Positions 62,486 through 64,000 of a DNA stretch of 64,000 nt are shown here, in pieces; position 1 is the stretch's first letter; each line of letters opens with the position of its first letter. The DNA comes from Sphyrna mokarran (taxonomy: Eukaryota): contig JAGIQG010000011.1 in the NCBI GenBank assembly GCA_024679065.1, forward strand, positions 55,552,001 through 55,616,000. Reading direction: 5' to 3'. The translations under genes and the position numbers were made by a program. The notes beneath the pieces are model-generated. The model ran no database searches and had not been told where the DNA came from. It saw only the letters and a list, made by a program, of their open reading frames with translations.

Positions 62486-63744
62486 CCCATTTGCAGAGAG
62501 ATGCAGAGCATCGTGATACATAAGGATTTGGGTATTTTCATAAATGAATCACAAAAAAAGTCACCATGCAGATACACAAAGGAACTAGAAAGATTAATGG
62601 AATGTTGACCTTTATTGCAAGAAGGATGGAGCACAAAAGAAAGGAAGTCTTGTTACAACTGCATCGAGTGTTGGTGAGGCAACACTTGCAGTACTGTAGT
62701 TAGTTTTTGTCAGCTTACTTAAGGAGGGATATGCTTGCATTGCAGGCAGTTCAGAGAAGGTACAGTCAGCTCACTATGGTGAACGAAAGATTGGGTAGGT
62801 TAAAGGTTAGATGAATGAGAGGTGATCTCACTGAAACATTTCAGATTCTCAAAGTGGATGCTGAGAGGATGTTTCCCATTGTAGGGTAATCTGGAACGAG
62901 GGACACCAATTCAAACTAAGACAGAGATGAGGAGGATTTTTTTCTCTCAGAGAGTTGTTAATCTTTGGAATTCCCTACCCTAGATAGGTTGGGTCTTTGA
63001 ATGCCTTCAAGGCTGAGTTAGATTTGGATACATAAAAGAGTCAAAGATTTTTAGATGGGACAGGCAAGTAGAGTTAAGGCAACAGTCAGATCAGCAATAG
63101 TCTTTCAAATGGTGGAGTAGGCAAATGATCTACTCCTGCTTCTATTTTTCTAGGGCCGGGAAATTCTTGTTGTATTCGATTCTATAAGTTAGTTTTCAAA
63201 AGAAAAGGAAAATCTTTGGTCAGAGATGGATTATGACGAACAATTATGTGAATTGTGTAAGTTCTTCATGGAAGAAATGATGGAGAGATGATATTATAGT
63301 TTTTGTTTAGGATTCTGAAGGAGCAAGATAATATAGACCATGACAAGTGGGAACAATTCCTGGACTTGAGGCGCAGGCACAAATCTTTCCCTTTTTTCCC
63401 CCCTGCATAATGACAAGAGGCAAGTATCAAGTAACTAAAGACATCTTCACCAATAATTTACAAGACCAATTTATTTCTACTCTGCTAATAGCGAAAGGAG
63501 ATTTTTAGGCTTAAATATATGAAAATATTCCTGCGTGCGCAACAAGTGCTTTCTGGATACTCTTGGTGTGAGCTATTCTCTATTCAGAAACATACTGTTT
63601 GGTGCTACTACTATTCCAGCCAAACAATCAGGTTCTAGGCTGGCTTTGATAAGGGATATCCCAATGAGATATAGCTCACGACTCCAGTCAGGAATTTGGA
63701 TATAAAACAGGCCTACAATGTGAGCAATGCTGTCACTTTATAGC

Positions 63745-64000
63745 AAAGATCTTTTCCCTAGATAGGGGAGTCCAAAATTAGAGGGCATAGGTTTAAGGTG
63801 AATGGGGGAAGATTTTAAAGGGACCTGATGGACAATTTTTTCACACAGAGGGTGGTGCGGATATGGAATAACCTGTTAGAGGAGGTGGGTATAATTACAA
63901 CATTTAGAAGACATTTGGACAGGGACATAGATAGGAAAGGTTGAGAAGGATATGGGCCAAACACAGACAAATGGGACTAATCAGTTTAGGAAACCTGATT
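63745..64000 (+). mobile_element. CR1 3' end, truncated by the window edge
   Basis: Encodes ESKIRGHRFKVNGGRF*RDLMDNFFTQRVVRIWNNL. Confidence 0.9.

Larger units (their letters stand above)
60125..63150 (+). mobile_element. CR1 LINE (RT to 3' tail) broken by several nested insertions
   Basis: GRSCLTNL, NVVYLDFQRAFDK and GLLQGLVLGSQLF at 60270-60555. It resumes at about 62485 with VLLQLHRVLVRQHLQYC and the tail at about 63090-63150. Confidence 0.88.

Overview
Eukaryotic DNA from a cartilaginous fish, almost certainly a shark, judging by HE1-type V-SINEs, CR1/HER1-type LINEs and SacSINE1-like SINEs. The window lies inside one minus-strand gene, the ERG3/Kv11.3 potassium channel KCNH7. Three coding exons of the cytoplasmic N-terminus are present: a 435-nt exon (47886-48320), a 21-nt microexon missed by the ORF track (40451-40471, DNGRNIK) and a 215-nt exon (16789-17003). 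The rest is intron, heavily filled with transposon relics: CR1 and L2 LINEs, several SINE families, a decayed Gypsy element with both LTRs, Penelope fragments (one with a decayed hammerhead ribozyme) and many PIF/Harbinger-type TIR elements, including a Myb/SANT gene relic. There is a 130-N assembly gap. I cannot support a wholly new biological system. The best leads are the microexon with neural splicing motifs, a ~137-nt intronic hairpin built from tail-to-tail retroelement ends, and two tiny inverted Penelope-end insertions with long target-site duplications. Repeat boundaries are approximate, and family names come from recalled consensus features, not from a database search.
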